From Prevotella sp. (GTDB lineage: Bacteria > Bacteroidota > Bacteroidia > Bacteroidales > Dysgonomonadaceae), in NCBI GenBank assembly GCA_031285625.1, contig JAITVV010000093.1:1-64000 (forward strand): DNA of 64,000 nt, read 5' to 3'. Shown piece after piece: positions 1-9,735 of the stretch (positions are counted from its first letter, which is position 1; each line of letters begins with the position of its first letter). Position numbers and translations under genes: made by a program. The notes under the pieces were generated by a model that was not told the DNA's origin, made no database searches, and saw only the letters and a program-made list of their open reading frames with translations.

Positions 1-74
1 TCTGAAATACTAAAGGTGTCTTCTTCTATAAGGGATACAATCTTTTCAACTAACTTGTCTGTATACTTTGCCAT
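1..74 (-). CDS. 5' part of an HTH protein resembling phage terminase-small-subunit/phBC6A51-type HTH (runs off the window)
   Basis: Not in the ORF track; minus-strand ATG at 74 reads MAKYTDKLVEKIVSLIEEDTFSISE..., resembling 'MAKY..elve.I..lie.d.ytisEic' HTH N-termini of Bacteroidetes prophage-like genes. Confidence 0.5.
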   Translation of the reverse strand, partial: MAKYTDKLVEKIVSLIEEDTFSIS

Positions 75-174
75 ATCTGTTATAAGTTTTTATTGTTACT
101 TATAATAGATAAAGTTGTATCAAAATAATTGAATTTAAGCTACCATTCTACATTATCAGTATAATTATTCTCTT

Positions 175-273
175 TGTCATTCTGAGTGTAAGGAAGAATC
201 CTGAACATATACACACGAGAATTTGGCTCCGCTTCGCTCTGCCGATTTTCAATTCACTTCGTTCAACATGACA
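175..273. repeat. REP-like imperfect inverted-repeat element (TGTCAT...ATGACA family)
   Basis: Left arm TGTCATTCTGAGTGTAAGGAAGAATC and right arm GATTTTCAATTCACTTCGTTCAACATGACA pair imperfectly; similar element at 22340-22414. Confidence 0.6.
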
Positions 274-504
274 GAAAACGAAAAGATAACTACACATGCG
301 AATCAGTATTAAATTGTCAACATTATATATTCCATTTTTCTTTCAACTTTTTCTTGATAAAAAGTTACAAAAATCAAGGCCTTTGTTCCCCGGTGACACA
401 AAGTGATGACAAGAATTATCGATAACAAGGTCTTGTCTTGCGTCAGCCATCCGTGCATATGTTCCCAAGATGGGCCCCTGTCCGATGCAGGCGGCGTAGA
501 AACG

Positions 505-1374
505 ACTCCTGATTTAATGATGGATTTATCTATCATTAAAACTAAAAATGCTCTATCAGAATATATTATAAACAATTATGGCATTCCTGTAGGAATTGTT
601 CCTGCTTATATTATCTATAATGAACGAAAAGGAATCTCTTTTTTACATTACACTTGACTGCAAGTTTACCTTTATATGAAAGGGCTAAAAAAGAGAGGAA
701 AATACCTGTAACAAGTAGGGGTGGGGCAATAATCCTATCTGATTTAATAATAAACAAAAGACAAGAAAACATATTAGTTGAAAGTATTGACGAGATTGTT
801 AATATTGCTCTAAAATACCAAATAGCAATAAGTTTAGGGACAACATTCCGACCTGCAGGAATCGATGAGGCGTGCGATTCTGTTCATATACAAGAAACTA
901 AAGAACAGATTAGATTATGTCATTATCTACAGAAACGAGGGGTTAATGTCATTGTGGAAAATATTGGACATATTGATTTGAATAGTTTAGAAAAGCATTT
1001 GCAGTTACTACTTGATTTTAAAGCTCCAATCATGCCACTTGGTCCATTACCAACAGATAATGCTATTGGTTGTGATCATATTGCATCGGCTATCGGTACT
1101 TCTTTCTTGGCATACCATAAAAGTGCTCATATTATCAATAGTATAACGCCAAGTGAACACTCATCATCAAAAATTACGTTGGCAGACACTCTCTTGGGAA
1201 TTAGAGCTGTTAAATTGACTGCCCATTGCATAAACTTATTGAATTTTAATAAGTATCGTGAGATTGATTCTAATATATTTCATGATAGAGCTAAATATAA
1301 ATCCTGCTTGTTGAATGAAAAAGGAGTGCTCTAGATGTAATACTCTTTGTCCTTTAAAATTGAATGAAATATGA
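505..1374 (+). pseudogene. ThiC/Bza-like radical SAM enzyme, divergent paralog, truncated and frameshifted
   Basis: ThiC-family motifs PDLMMDLS, PVGIVPAY, SRGG, SLGTTFRP, ENIGH, LGPLPTD, DHIASAIG, TPSEH; one extra T in the T6 run (639-644) gives GISFFTLH; one fewer A in the A5 run (1318-1322) gives the C-terminal cluster motif CSRCNTLC ending TGA at 1374; N-terminus missing. Confidence 0.75.
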
Positions 1375-2494
1375 GAAAGCGATTTTATCTACCTGGATTA
1401 AATACGAATCTGCAAAGTAATTTTATAGAATAAGAAGAATATGAATCCTTAATCAAGGACACTAGAGGGTGGTATCTTACATCAATTCATATTCAATTCC
1501 AATATTTTTTATCGAGAAAATTTTGGTATCGATAACCATAAGGAAAGGGAAAAAAGATTATTGGATTTTGAAACACCCAATAGAACTAAAATTACGATAT
1601 AATGTTACCCTCAAACTTCGATTATTTCACAATAGTATATCTTTTCACTCCAACAAGTCGATTAAGTTGGTTAAAAATTAGGCAAAACGCTCAACGTATT
1701 CTAATTCCTCGAAAGGATAAAATAACATCCTTGGTATACAATAAATTGGAACAAGAACTTATAAGCCTCATACTAAATAATAAAGAATCTTTTTTTAATT
1801 ATATATGGGCTAGACAAAAAGGGTATCCTCGTTTGTAAAACTTGAAGATATTAATAGTTCAAGTTTCTTGTTAGAGGTCGAATACTATGATTCTATTGTT
1901 GAAAATACAAAAAAGAAAAGATATAATATTTTCAACCCATTAGAAGAACGTGTAATAACCTATGAATATGAACCTTTTGCTAATCATAGTTCTTGGTTGT
2001 ATATTAGGTCTCCTCAAAATTTCAACTTATCTATTGATACATCTAAAATAATCTCTGATCAATATAAAATGGAGCATGATAATACATCAGACCCAGAAAT
2101 ACGATCATTAACAATTGTAAGTTATAGTGATGTGAATGAGAATGTCCAATTTAATATTGAGATCACAGTACCAACTTCTCTTAAAACATGGTTTTTGTCA
2201 ATTTATTCAATATTTTTTGTTGTACTAATAATTTTAGGATTACATCTATTGAATAAGTTGTGGATAAACATCTTTGGTGCATTGTTCTCAATAGGAGATA
2301 TCTTTGGGAATATTGTTAATCAAAGCTATTTTGAGAATATTGTGCTAGCTTTAGTCGCCAGAATAATAGCAACACGAGGATGGTTAATCTCAGAAGAAAC
2401 TATTTTAAAATCTTATTCTAAATATATAACATATATGATGTTATTATTATTGATCTTATTCGCTATTTCAAGAATAACAGCATTTTATACATAA
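1371..2494 (+). pseudogene. Fragmented gene for an unknown protein with about 3 C-terminal transmembrane helices
   Basis: ATG at 1371 overlaps the restored ThiC-like stop (ATGA); reading broken by stops and frameshifts into pieces (MRKRFYLPG..., 1602-1838, 1868-2494); last piece has hydrophobic helices. Confidence 0.55.
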
Positions 2495-2506
2495 ATTTAA
2501 CCCTCA

Positions 2507-2737
2507 GGTCTCAATCTGGGTCTCACTTTTTTTGCTTTGCGAGTCTTCGCTGTGTTTCCCTGTGATACTATGGTACAATCTGGGACATAGAGTCGAGGTC
2601 TCACAGAACCTACTCAAAAAGCTGATTTAGTGACCGCCAGGAACCTCAAGTGCATGTTTAAAGCCATCGTAAGACAATGACTTACAAGGGCTTATTTTTT
2701 ACGAGGTTCCAAATCGGATTCCAGCATGTGAGACCTC
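2507..2737. mobile_element. Putative attachment-site/junction remnant of an integrative element
   Basis: GGTCTCA at 2507, 2519, 2597 and inverted at 2729; 11-bp inverted repeat 2595-2605/2727-2737; GGAACCTC/GAGGTTCC inverted pair 2640-2647/2703-2710 resembling tRNA 3' ends; central hairpin 2661-2693. Confidence 0.4.
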
Positions 2738-2961
2738 ATAATACTATCCAAACAGCATGTCTATAGCTGAGCGTAATTCCAAAGGATTGTTTTGAAAACT
2801 TATAAGCCTCTGTCGCATTAACACGCATATAAAATTCTCTGTTCGTCCTTATAATTTGGCTATAAATTAACAATTTTAACTAAAAAGTTATTATATTGCG
2901 GCGTCTAAAATTATCTATATAATATACAGACATTTTTTCTTAACATAAACTACATACAATA

Positions 2962-4800
2962 ATGCTTTATCTGAATACGGTGATTGCCACCGTTACTTTG
3001 GCCGGGAAAGTTGTGCACTTTGTGAACCTTGAGTTGGAACAGGGATTCAACCGGCATCATACCTGTAAAATATTAGTTAATTATGAAGAGCTTGACAAAA
3101 GCGGTTGGATGGGTGACCCTGTCGGCATACTAAAAAATATCGGCGAGCCCATAATGGTTGAATTCCGGCACAAGCAGACCAACGAAAAGAATACTTTTTT
3201 CGGTATAATAAACAATATTACATTTCTTGGTAAGCACGGGCAGCAAAATAATATACTGTTTCAAGGAATAAGCGAAACAATCAAACTGGATGGTAAACCG
3301 TCTATGGATTCATTTACTGACCAGATACTGAAAAATATAGTTTCCGAAGTTGTGGATAACTCCGGGAATGGAGCAAAAGTAACCAGTGAACCCCAATATG
3401 ATCGTCCTATTGAATATTTATCCATGTGGAACGAGACCTGCTTTAATTTCCTAAACCGTCTGAGCTCCCTTTACGGTGAAGCTTTTTATTCGGATAATGG
3501 CTCTAATATTTATTTCGGGCTTCCTATGTCGAAAGATTTCATTCCTATTGTTTATGATGTGGAAATGACATCTATGCAACTTGAAGCCAGCCTTAAACCC
3601 GCCAGATTCCAGCAATACGACTATTCAGTAAAAAGCGACAAGGAGTGGTTATCCGTTACAGATCAGGTGCAGCCTAAAACAACAGGATATCAAAAGGTTG
3701 TTACTGAGAAATCGGATTTGATTTTCAATATGGAGAATAACTATGCGTTTGCCGGAAAGGTTGATATGCACAATACCATGATGGAGATGACCGATATGGA
3801 ACGCACAAGGGATATAGCCGGCATGTTAGTATTAAATGGCACCACCCAGACTTGCAAAATTGGTATTGGTAAGGTAATAAATGTTGTCTACCCTAAAGGG
3901 ATAAAAGTAGATACTACGTCAGGAGACTTCCTTATTACATATGTTAAACACTCAATCAATCAGGAAGGAACATATGAAAACAGCTTTTCGGGAGTCAGGG
4001 CTGACCTGAGACAAATACCTCTGCCCGATGATATCATAAAGCCGCAGGCAAGTTCTCATCGTGCGATTGTCAAAGATAATGCCGATCCGGAAGGTATGGG
4101 GCGTGTCCGTATACAGTTCCAGTGGCAGCAGCAGATGAACAAGATGACTAACTGGATCAGAGTGCAGAGTCCGGATGCCGGAGGAGAATCGGGAACAGGG
4201 CGCGGGTTTATTTTTATCCCCGAAGTAGGAGATGAAGTAATGGTTAACTTTGTCAATGCAGATCCTTCGAGACCTTATGTATCAGGCAGTATGTTTCCAA
4301 AATCGACGGCAAGAGGCGGATTTGAAGACAATCACCTGAAAAGTATCATTACCCGTAGTGGGCATACAGTACAATTCGATGATTCCGACGAATCGTTAAG
4401 TATTACAATCAAGGATAGAAATGGCAACATAATACATCTGGATTCTAAAGAAAAAAATATTGAGATAATAGCTCCGGAAACTATTACATTGACAGCGACA
4501 GATGTAAAGATCAATGCTTCTAATAATATAGAAATGCAGGCAGAAGCCTCTATAAAAGCAGACGCTATGGCTGATATTCATATTGGGGCACAAGATAATA
4601 TACATATTGCGACAGAGAGTGATATACAGATGAAATCAATAGGCAGTACTTTCCTTACAGCCAATTCTAAGATGGAAATTGTAGGGCAATCCGCTAAGGT
4701 CACGAGCGATTCAGAAACGGAGTTATCCGGTATGGAAACTACCGTGAAAGGTCAGGCCACCGTCATCAGCGGTTCGAGCCATAAGGCGGAATTTTTATAA
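2962..4800 (+). CDS. vgrG: Type VI secretion spike protein VgrG (Bacteroidota T6SSiii type)
   Basis: gp27-like N-terminus with QY/WNETCFNFLNRL; gp5 OB-fold motifs DNADPEGMGRVRIQF, WIRVQSPDAG, FIPEVGDEVMVNF, PSRPYVSGS, IITRSGH; beta-helix repeats at the C-terminus. Confidence 0.93.
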   Translation: MLYLNTVIATVTLAGKVVHFVNLELEQGFNRHHTCKILVNYEELDKSGWMGDPVGILKNIGEPIMVEFRHKQTNEKNTFFGIINNITFLGKHGQQNNILFQGISETIKLDGKPSMDSFTDQILKNIVSEVVDNSGNGAKVTSEPQYDRPIEYLSMWNETCFNFLNRLSSLYGEAFYSDNGSNIYFGLPMSKDFIPIVYDVEMTSMQLEASLKPARFQQYDYSVKSDKEWLSVTDQVQPKTTGYQKVVTEKSDLIFNMENNYAFAGKVDMHNTMMEMTDMERTRDIAGMLVLNGTTQTCKIGIGKVINVVYPKGIKVDTTSGDFLITYVKHSINQEGTYENSFSGVRADLRQIPLPDDIIKPQASSHRAIVKDNADPEGMGRVRIQFQWQQQMNKMTNWIRVQSPDAGGESGTGRGFIFIPEVGDEVMVNFVNADPSRPYVSGSMFPKSTARGGFEDNHLKSIITRSGHTVQFDDSDESLSITIKDRNGNIIHLDSKEKNIEIIAPETITLTATDVKINASNNIEMQAEASIKADAMADIHIGAQDNIHIATESDIQMKSIGSTFLTANSKMEIVGQSAKVTSDSETELSGMETTVKGQATVISGSSHKAEFL

Positions 4801-4842
4801 ATAAACACACGTATATACACAAAATACAAACACAAACTAACT

Positions 4843-5424
4843 ATGGGAGTACAGGTTGTAGTAGTAGGAAAGAAACATATCTGTCCCGAATCGGATGGTT
4901 CGAAACCACATGTAGGAGGAACTGTTGTAGAAGGAATAGAAGGAGTATTGATAGACGGCATGCCTGTTGCAGTAGTAGGAAGTAAATGCGAATGTACAGG
5001 AAGTCCCAAACCAAACTCTATAGCGATGGGTTGTGAAGGCATTCTTATTGATGGCAAGCCGCTCGCTGTTGTAGGCAGTATGACCGAACATGGTGGCATA
5101 ATCATCGAAGGAGTACCGGGAGTGACGATATCTGGTCCCTTGGTTCCGATGTCGGGCGATCCGAAAAAGCTAGAACCGAAGATCTTCAACCTGCAATGGA
5201 GAGAGGAAAAGAATATCGTAAAATACGGAAAGTTCAAAGACGTTGTTATCTTGTCGGCCGATACAGTAGGCTACGAAGATGGAGAAGAGGTAACCATAAA
5301 AGTATATGAAGAAGGAATCGAAGAACCCATAGGAGAAGTCACTGGAACCGTAAAGGAGGGGCGTGTGGAAGTGGAATGGGAAGTAAAAGAAGCAGATAAT
5401 AAGTCAGAAAATGAAGAGCGTTAA
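4843..5424 (+). CDS. PAAR-domain spike tip protein with acidic Ig-like C-terminal extension
   Basis: HICP...PHVGG, VLIDGMPVAVVGSKCEC, ILIDGKPLAVVGSMTEHGG; directly downstream of vgrG. Confidence 0.9.
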   Translation: MGVQVVVVGKKHICPESDGSKPHVGGTVVEGIEGVLIDGMPVAVVGSKCECTGSPKPNSIAMGCEGILIDGKPLAVVGSMTEHGGIIIEGVPGVTISGPLVPMSGDPKKLEPKIFNLQWREEKNIVKYGKFKDVVILSADTVGYEDGEEVTIKVYEEGIEEPIGEVTGTVKEGRVEVEWEVKEADNKSENEER

Positions 5425-5426
5425 CT

Positions 5427-8400
5427 ATGGCAACTTATACATTCACAGCAGAATCAAAAAGCAAAGGACAAAAAGCTAAAAGTGGTGATTATATAACGAT
5501 AAAAGTCCCATTCAAGTTCGATTACTATTCCCTCTCTTTCCAACATAAGCTGTATAGTGCGGAAAGGGTTGTACCCAAAGGATTTCCTAAACTTTTCTCC
5601 AATAATATTATTCCAAAGAATCTGGTGAAAGGTTTTCTATATCTGTTTTATGAGATGAAGGACGGTGAAAAACCTGAGGGAGATAATGCATGGGAGGAAT
5701 ATCATATTAACCCCTGCTCAATAGTAAGAGATGGGGACGGACAACCAATCCTTGATGAAAACAACAAGCGGGTATATTCATTACTCGATGACAATAACGG
5801 ATATTATTACAGAATATTGAAGGAGCAATCTCACCTTGACTACCGCAGACTGGCCAATAGAGAAGATATGGATAATCCGAAAGATTTCATAGACTTTTCT
5901 AAAACCGATATTGTTTGGGTGGCTTATTCTCCTATACAATGGTCAGCCGACTATCTAAAAAAAGCACGGGAGAGTGAAAAATTCAGAAGCATGCGGTTTC
6001 AGAAATTAGATGTGGCTGAATGGCTCAGTAAAGAGAAAGATTACTTTTCGGGGAGTATTAAGAATACAATATGGGGGATGCATACCAAAGAAGAAAAGGA
6101 AAATATAAAAACAATAGACTACCGCCAAAATGGAGAAAGTCTTAACTTCTATTCATATAAAACGTGTACCGCCTTTCCCAAGACATACTATTTTACCCTC
6201 AAATGGTGGAAGACCTGATAGAACAAATGGATATATCCATTGAAGAATTCACCACGCTGGTAGATTCTTTAGTAATGGGTAATGCACAGGTCAGCCGCGA
6301 GGAAAGGGAGCAATATTTTGGTTTATATACATCTGCTATGAGCTTATACCATCTTTTATACGAAGAAGACAGCCCGTTGGCAAAATACAAGAAAGATAAA
6401 TATATTCAGCTTGAAAAACTGGAAGTACTGCTGGCTATAAAGAAAAGAAACAAACTGCGCCACAAACTCTACTGGCACAGGGACGATTTGGGTAATATCA
6501 TGAAAAGTCTTTACTATCAACATGCATTGATGGATATATTCGACAATGCACCATTCAATAAAGTAGAAGGGGAAAACATAGTAATTTCTCATCTGCAATC
6601 CCTTATGTTCAAGCCGTCGAGTATTGATCTGCACCTGTTGTTGAATAAGGAGAAAGAAGAATTGCAGAAAAAGGATAAAAAGTGGGACGATTTTATTGTT
6701 GACTGTTTTTTTGCCCAATCATGGACAGGGAAGATATTACGTTTGAAGAAGTAAAAAAAGAAACGGAGAATACCTTTGACGGGATGAAGCTGATCGATAG
6801 TTGGGAGAACTATCAACCCGATTATATAATACCCTATTTATTGAACGATAACGTAACACTGGATGATATTAAAGATGCTGCATATAAGGGGCTGGATATT
6901 AGCTACTATGCTAATAGGATAGTAGTCAATGTAGACGAAATTATAACAGCATTTGGGAATAAGAAGTTAGGCACCGCCGGTTATTTTCAGGTAATAAAGA
7001 AACTGGATTCCCTGTCAAGAGAGAAAAAAGTGAGAAGATTTCATTTTGATAATCTGACAAAGCAAATGGAGGAGGCTGGCTTGGGTTCGTTGATAGCCAA
7101 CAGCAAAAATGTAAAAAAACTACCCGAAGACAAGAAGGCATTAGGCGAAACATTCTTGAAAACCAGAAAAGATGCATGGACAATCTTAAATAGGATATAC
7201 GGTAAAATAAAGGATACAAAAGGACGTATATGTAGGATGGAAGAAGATATTATAGATAAGCAAATGGTAAATACTTACGCATGGAAATCACTGGTCAGGA
7301 ATCTGGCGATCTTCAACCTGACCTATAATATCATCAATCTGTATAATTCCAAAGATAAAGAGCGGATTAGTATCGGAGCTAATGCCATCTCTCTTATTGG
7401 AGCCGGAGCTGACTTTTTTGCCATCAGGTTCAGCATGATAGCTGATGCTCAGGTAATAGATGGAGTAGAAAAAACATACAAAATATTGGGAGGAAAAAGG
7501 TCTGCCAAATGGATATCTAAAGCTCTGGGGAGAGCCGGTGGTGGTATTACAGCAGCGGTAGACCTCTATTATGCCCGGCAAGCATATAAGAATGAGGAAA
7601 GCCTTATATGTGGATTATATGTCGGCTCAGCTGTCGCTACAGCAGGGGCGGTCGTATTCGGCACAATGGCGGCAAAGGGCGTTACATTAGGGACATCTGT
7701 CGTATTGGCAGGCACTTTGGCTATGGCTTGTGGTATACTGGTTATCGTTATAGCTATAGCCATCATTGTTTTTTCCGACGATGACTTCCAACGATTCTTC
7801 AAAAACTGTGTATTATCGGGTATGAAAAAATACAGGGTGAAAGAGGGACAATACGCAGATTCTTCCGAATTGGCACAAATCCTTTTTAGATATACAGAAC
7901 GAAAAAAAGACCAAAATCCATTAGAAAATGAATTTGAATGTTTCGAGATGGGAAAAATAAATATGAATAACTTTGTAGAGATGGCAGACATAATACTATC
8001 ATGGCTTTCACCTGTGAAGATAAAACCTGTAACGCTGAGCTGGGAATATTCGCGCCTAAGTGCGCCTTATACACGGCCTATACCTGTTACGAATGTCTTC
8101 AAAAAGGTTTTTGGAGGCAATCGTTACGAGCAGCGCACCCACTATATGATACACGACCTGGCACTGGGTATTCCTCTCTATGGTGGATTATGGAACACTG
8201 CCGGCTTTTACCACGAAGCCTATATCTATCCCTATGGCACGGAATCCAATATACGGATAGATATGAGAAAATACTGCAAAGGGTCTCATCATACGGAATA
8301 CAATCAGTTTCACGACAAAATACCTGGGATAGTAGGCCCCAAAGATGGTAATACCCACTACCTGTTGTTTGAATTCGACTTCTACAATGCACTCCGCGAC

Positions 8401-8640
8401 AATGGATATGGCGATTATCAAAATATGGATATGGACATGGCTCCAGTATTTATTTTTTGTGGCTATTTTGTATACGACGAGGAAAACATGCAGGAGACCT
8501 ACCCGAGCTACAAAGGGGGAATACCCCGTTTCTTTGGCACCAAATTAAAATTAGAAACGGATAATACATATTCTCTGTCAACCATCAAGCCGAAAGTACT
8601 TAATAAACCGAAAGCAGAAATAATCAGATACAAAAAATAA
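5427..8640 (+). pseudogene. MIX-domain VasX-like pore-forming T6SS effector, split by two frameshifts (ORFs 5427-6218, 6164-6754, 6721-8640)
   Basis: N-terminal KGFLYLF..WEEY and VWVAYSPIQWS..RFQKLDV motifs like MIX/VasX N-termini; long Gly/Ala-rich hydrophobic helices followed by DDDFQRFF in the last ORF; three overlapping ORFs total about 1070 aa. Confidence 0.7.
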
Positions 8641-8645
8641 TCGGA

Positions 8646-9533
8646 ATGGATACACGGATATTGCCCAAAGCAATTATAGAAAAATATGCGCCTCTTAACA
8701 TCGAAGATGTAAATAACAAAGATGCTTCTATTAAGGTTGATAAGGATAAAATGATTATTGGTATGGGTAGTTGGCGACAATCTTTCCCTATCCTATGGAT
8801 GCCTGTTGCACTTGCTTTATTTGCAATGATAATTTCTTGCTGGTGTGTATGGGGAATGCTATATAAGTACGATACTGATCCAGAAATATATATTCATATA
8901 GTAGATAATAATTTAGAACCAACAGAAAAAGATATAAAAGAAGGATATGATGAACATACCGCTAACATATATAAAAGAATCAAACTAAGAGATGGAGATG
9001 TAGAAGGAAAAGAATATTTATACTCTATACTCAAAAGTAATAAATATACAATAATAAATCCTCCCATTACAGTTATTATCTTTTCTGCTCTTTTTCTTCT
9101 AGGAGCAGTTGGATTACTTTATATTGTGAATATGTTTTCTACGGTAATGATACTCAATCGCGAAAAAGGAACTTTTACGGTTAGCCGTTACTTCGGCCAA
9201 AGATTAGTAACAGCTGACTTTACCGATGACGAACAGCTTATATTTCGATTAGTAAGTACATTTCGGTTCGGGCAAAATCTCTCTTTATCTGTCCGCTTTG
9301 TAAAAGCAAATTATGAATACGACACTAATATTTCTGAGGTTAATATGTTTTTATCTCTGTTTACGCACTATATGGATCGTAACCGGCCTCTACCGGAAGG
9401 TACAGCTTTTGATCAGTACCGACAGGAAGATTACGAACGCCGTAAATCTGAAGGTTTTCCCAAGCCTCTGTTCCGTTCTGTTATTCCGATGATTGATGTA
9501 GACGGCGATACAAAGAGGTATAGAAAAGGATAA
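8646..9533 (+). CDS. Putative cognate immunity protein, 2-TM inner-membrane protein (DUF6708-like)
   Basis: Immediately follows the effector; two TM segments, ILNREKGTFT and C-terminal YMDRNRPLPEGTAFD motif typical of genes downstream of VasX-like toxins. Confidence 0.65.
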   Translation: MDTRILPKAIIEKYAPLNIEDVNNKDASIKVDKDKMIIGMGSWRQSFPILWMPVALALFAMIISCWCVWGMLYKYDTDPEIYIHIVDNNLEPTEKDIKEGYDEHTANIYKRIKLRDGDVEGKEYLYSILKSNKYTIINPPITVIIFSALFLLGAVGLLYIVNMFSTVMILNREKGTFTVSRYFGQRLVTADFTDDEQLIFRLVSTFRFGQNLSLSVRFVKANYEYDTNISEVNMFLSLFTHYMDRNRPLPEGTAFDQYRQEDYERRKSEGFPKPLFRSVIPMIDVDGDTKRYRKG

Positions 9534-9541
9534 ATAAATCA

Positions 9542-9685
9542 ATGGGACGATTTAGCAAGTGGTATGATCATGAAGATAAATACGTTCAAGAATTTGAAAG
9601 AAATTCATATTATAACCTGCAAGGATTCAAAGAGATGTGGGAACAAGCAAAAGAAGATGGTGATGGGATGACTAATTATGGTTAA
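9542..9685 (+). CDS. 47-aa hypothetical ORF (possible remnant)
   Basis: ATG 8 nt after the immunity stop; MGRFSKWYDHEDKYVQEFERNSYYNLQGFKEMWEQAKEDGDGMTNYG*. Confidence 0.3.
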   Translation: MGRFSKWYDHEDKYVQEFERNSYYNLQGFKEMWEQAKEDGDGMTNYG

Positions 9686-9735
9686 CATTTTAAATATGAA
9701 AACTGTTTATCTTTATATCTTCATATGACATAAAC

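Noticed and set aside
360-412. GGTGACACAAAGTGATGACA as a sixth three-box element
   Set aside because: Spacing is not the 9-bp period and there is no inverted TGTTAC box.
403-1334. Call as functional thiC
   Set aside because: Missing N-terminus, internal deletion, two frameshifts, divergent motifs and no thi context.
2634-2721. Complete tRNA gene
   Set aside because: Only 14-19 nt 3'-end-like fragments; no D-arm or anticodon arm.
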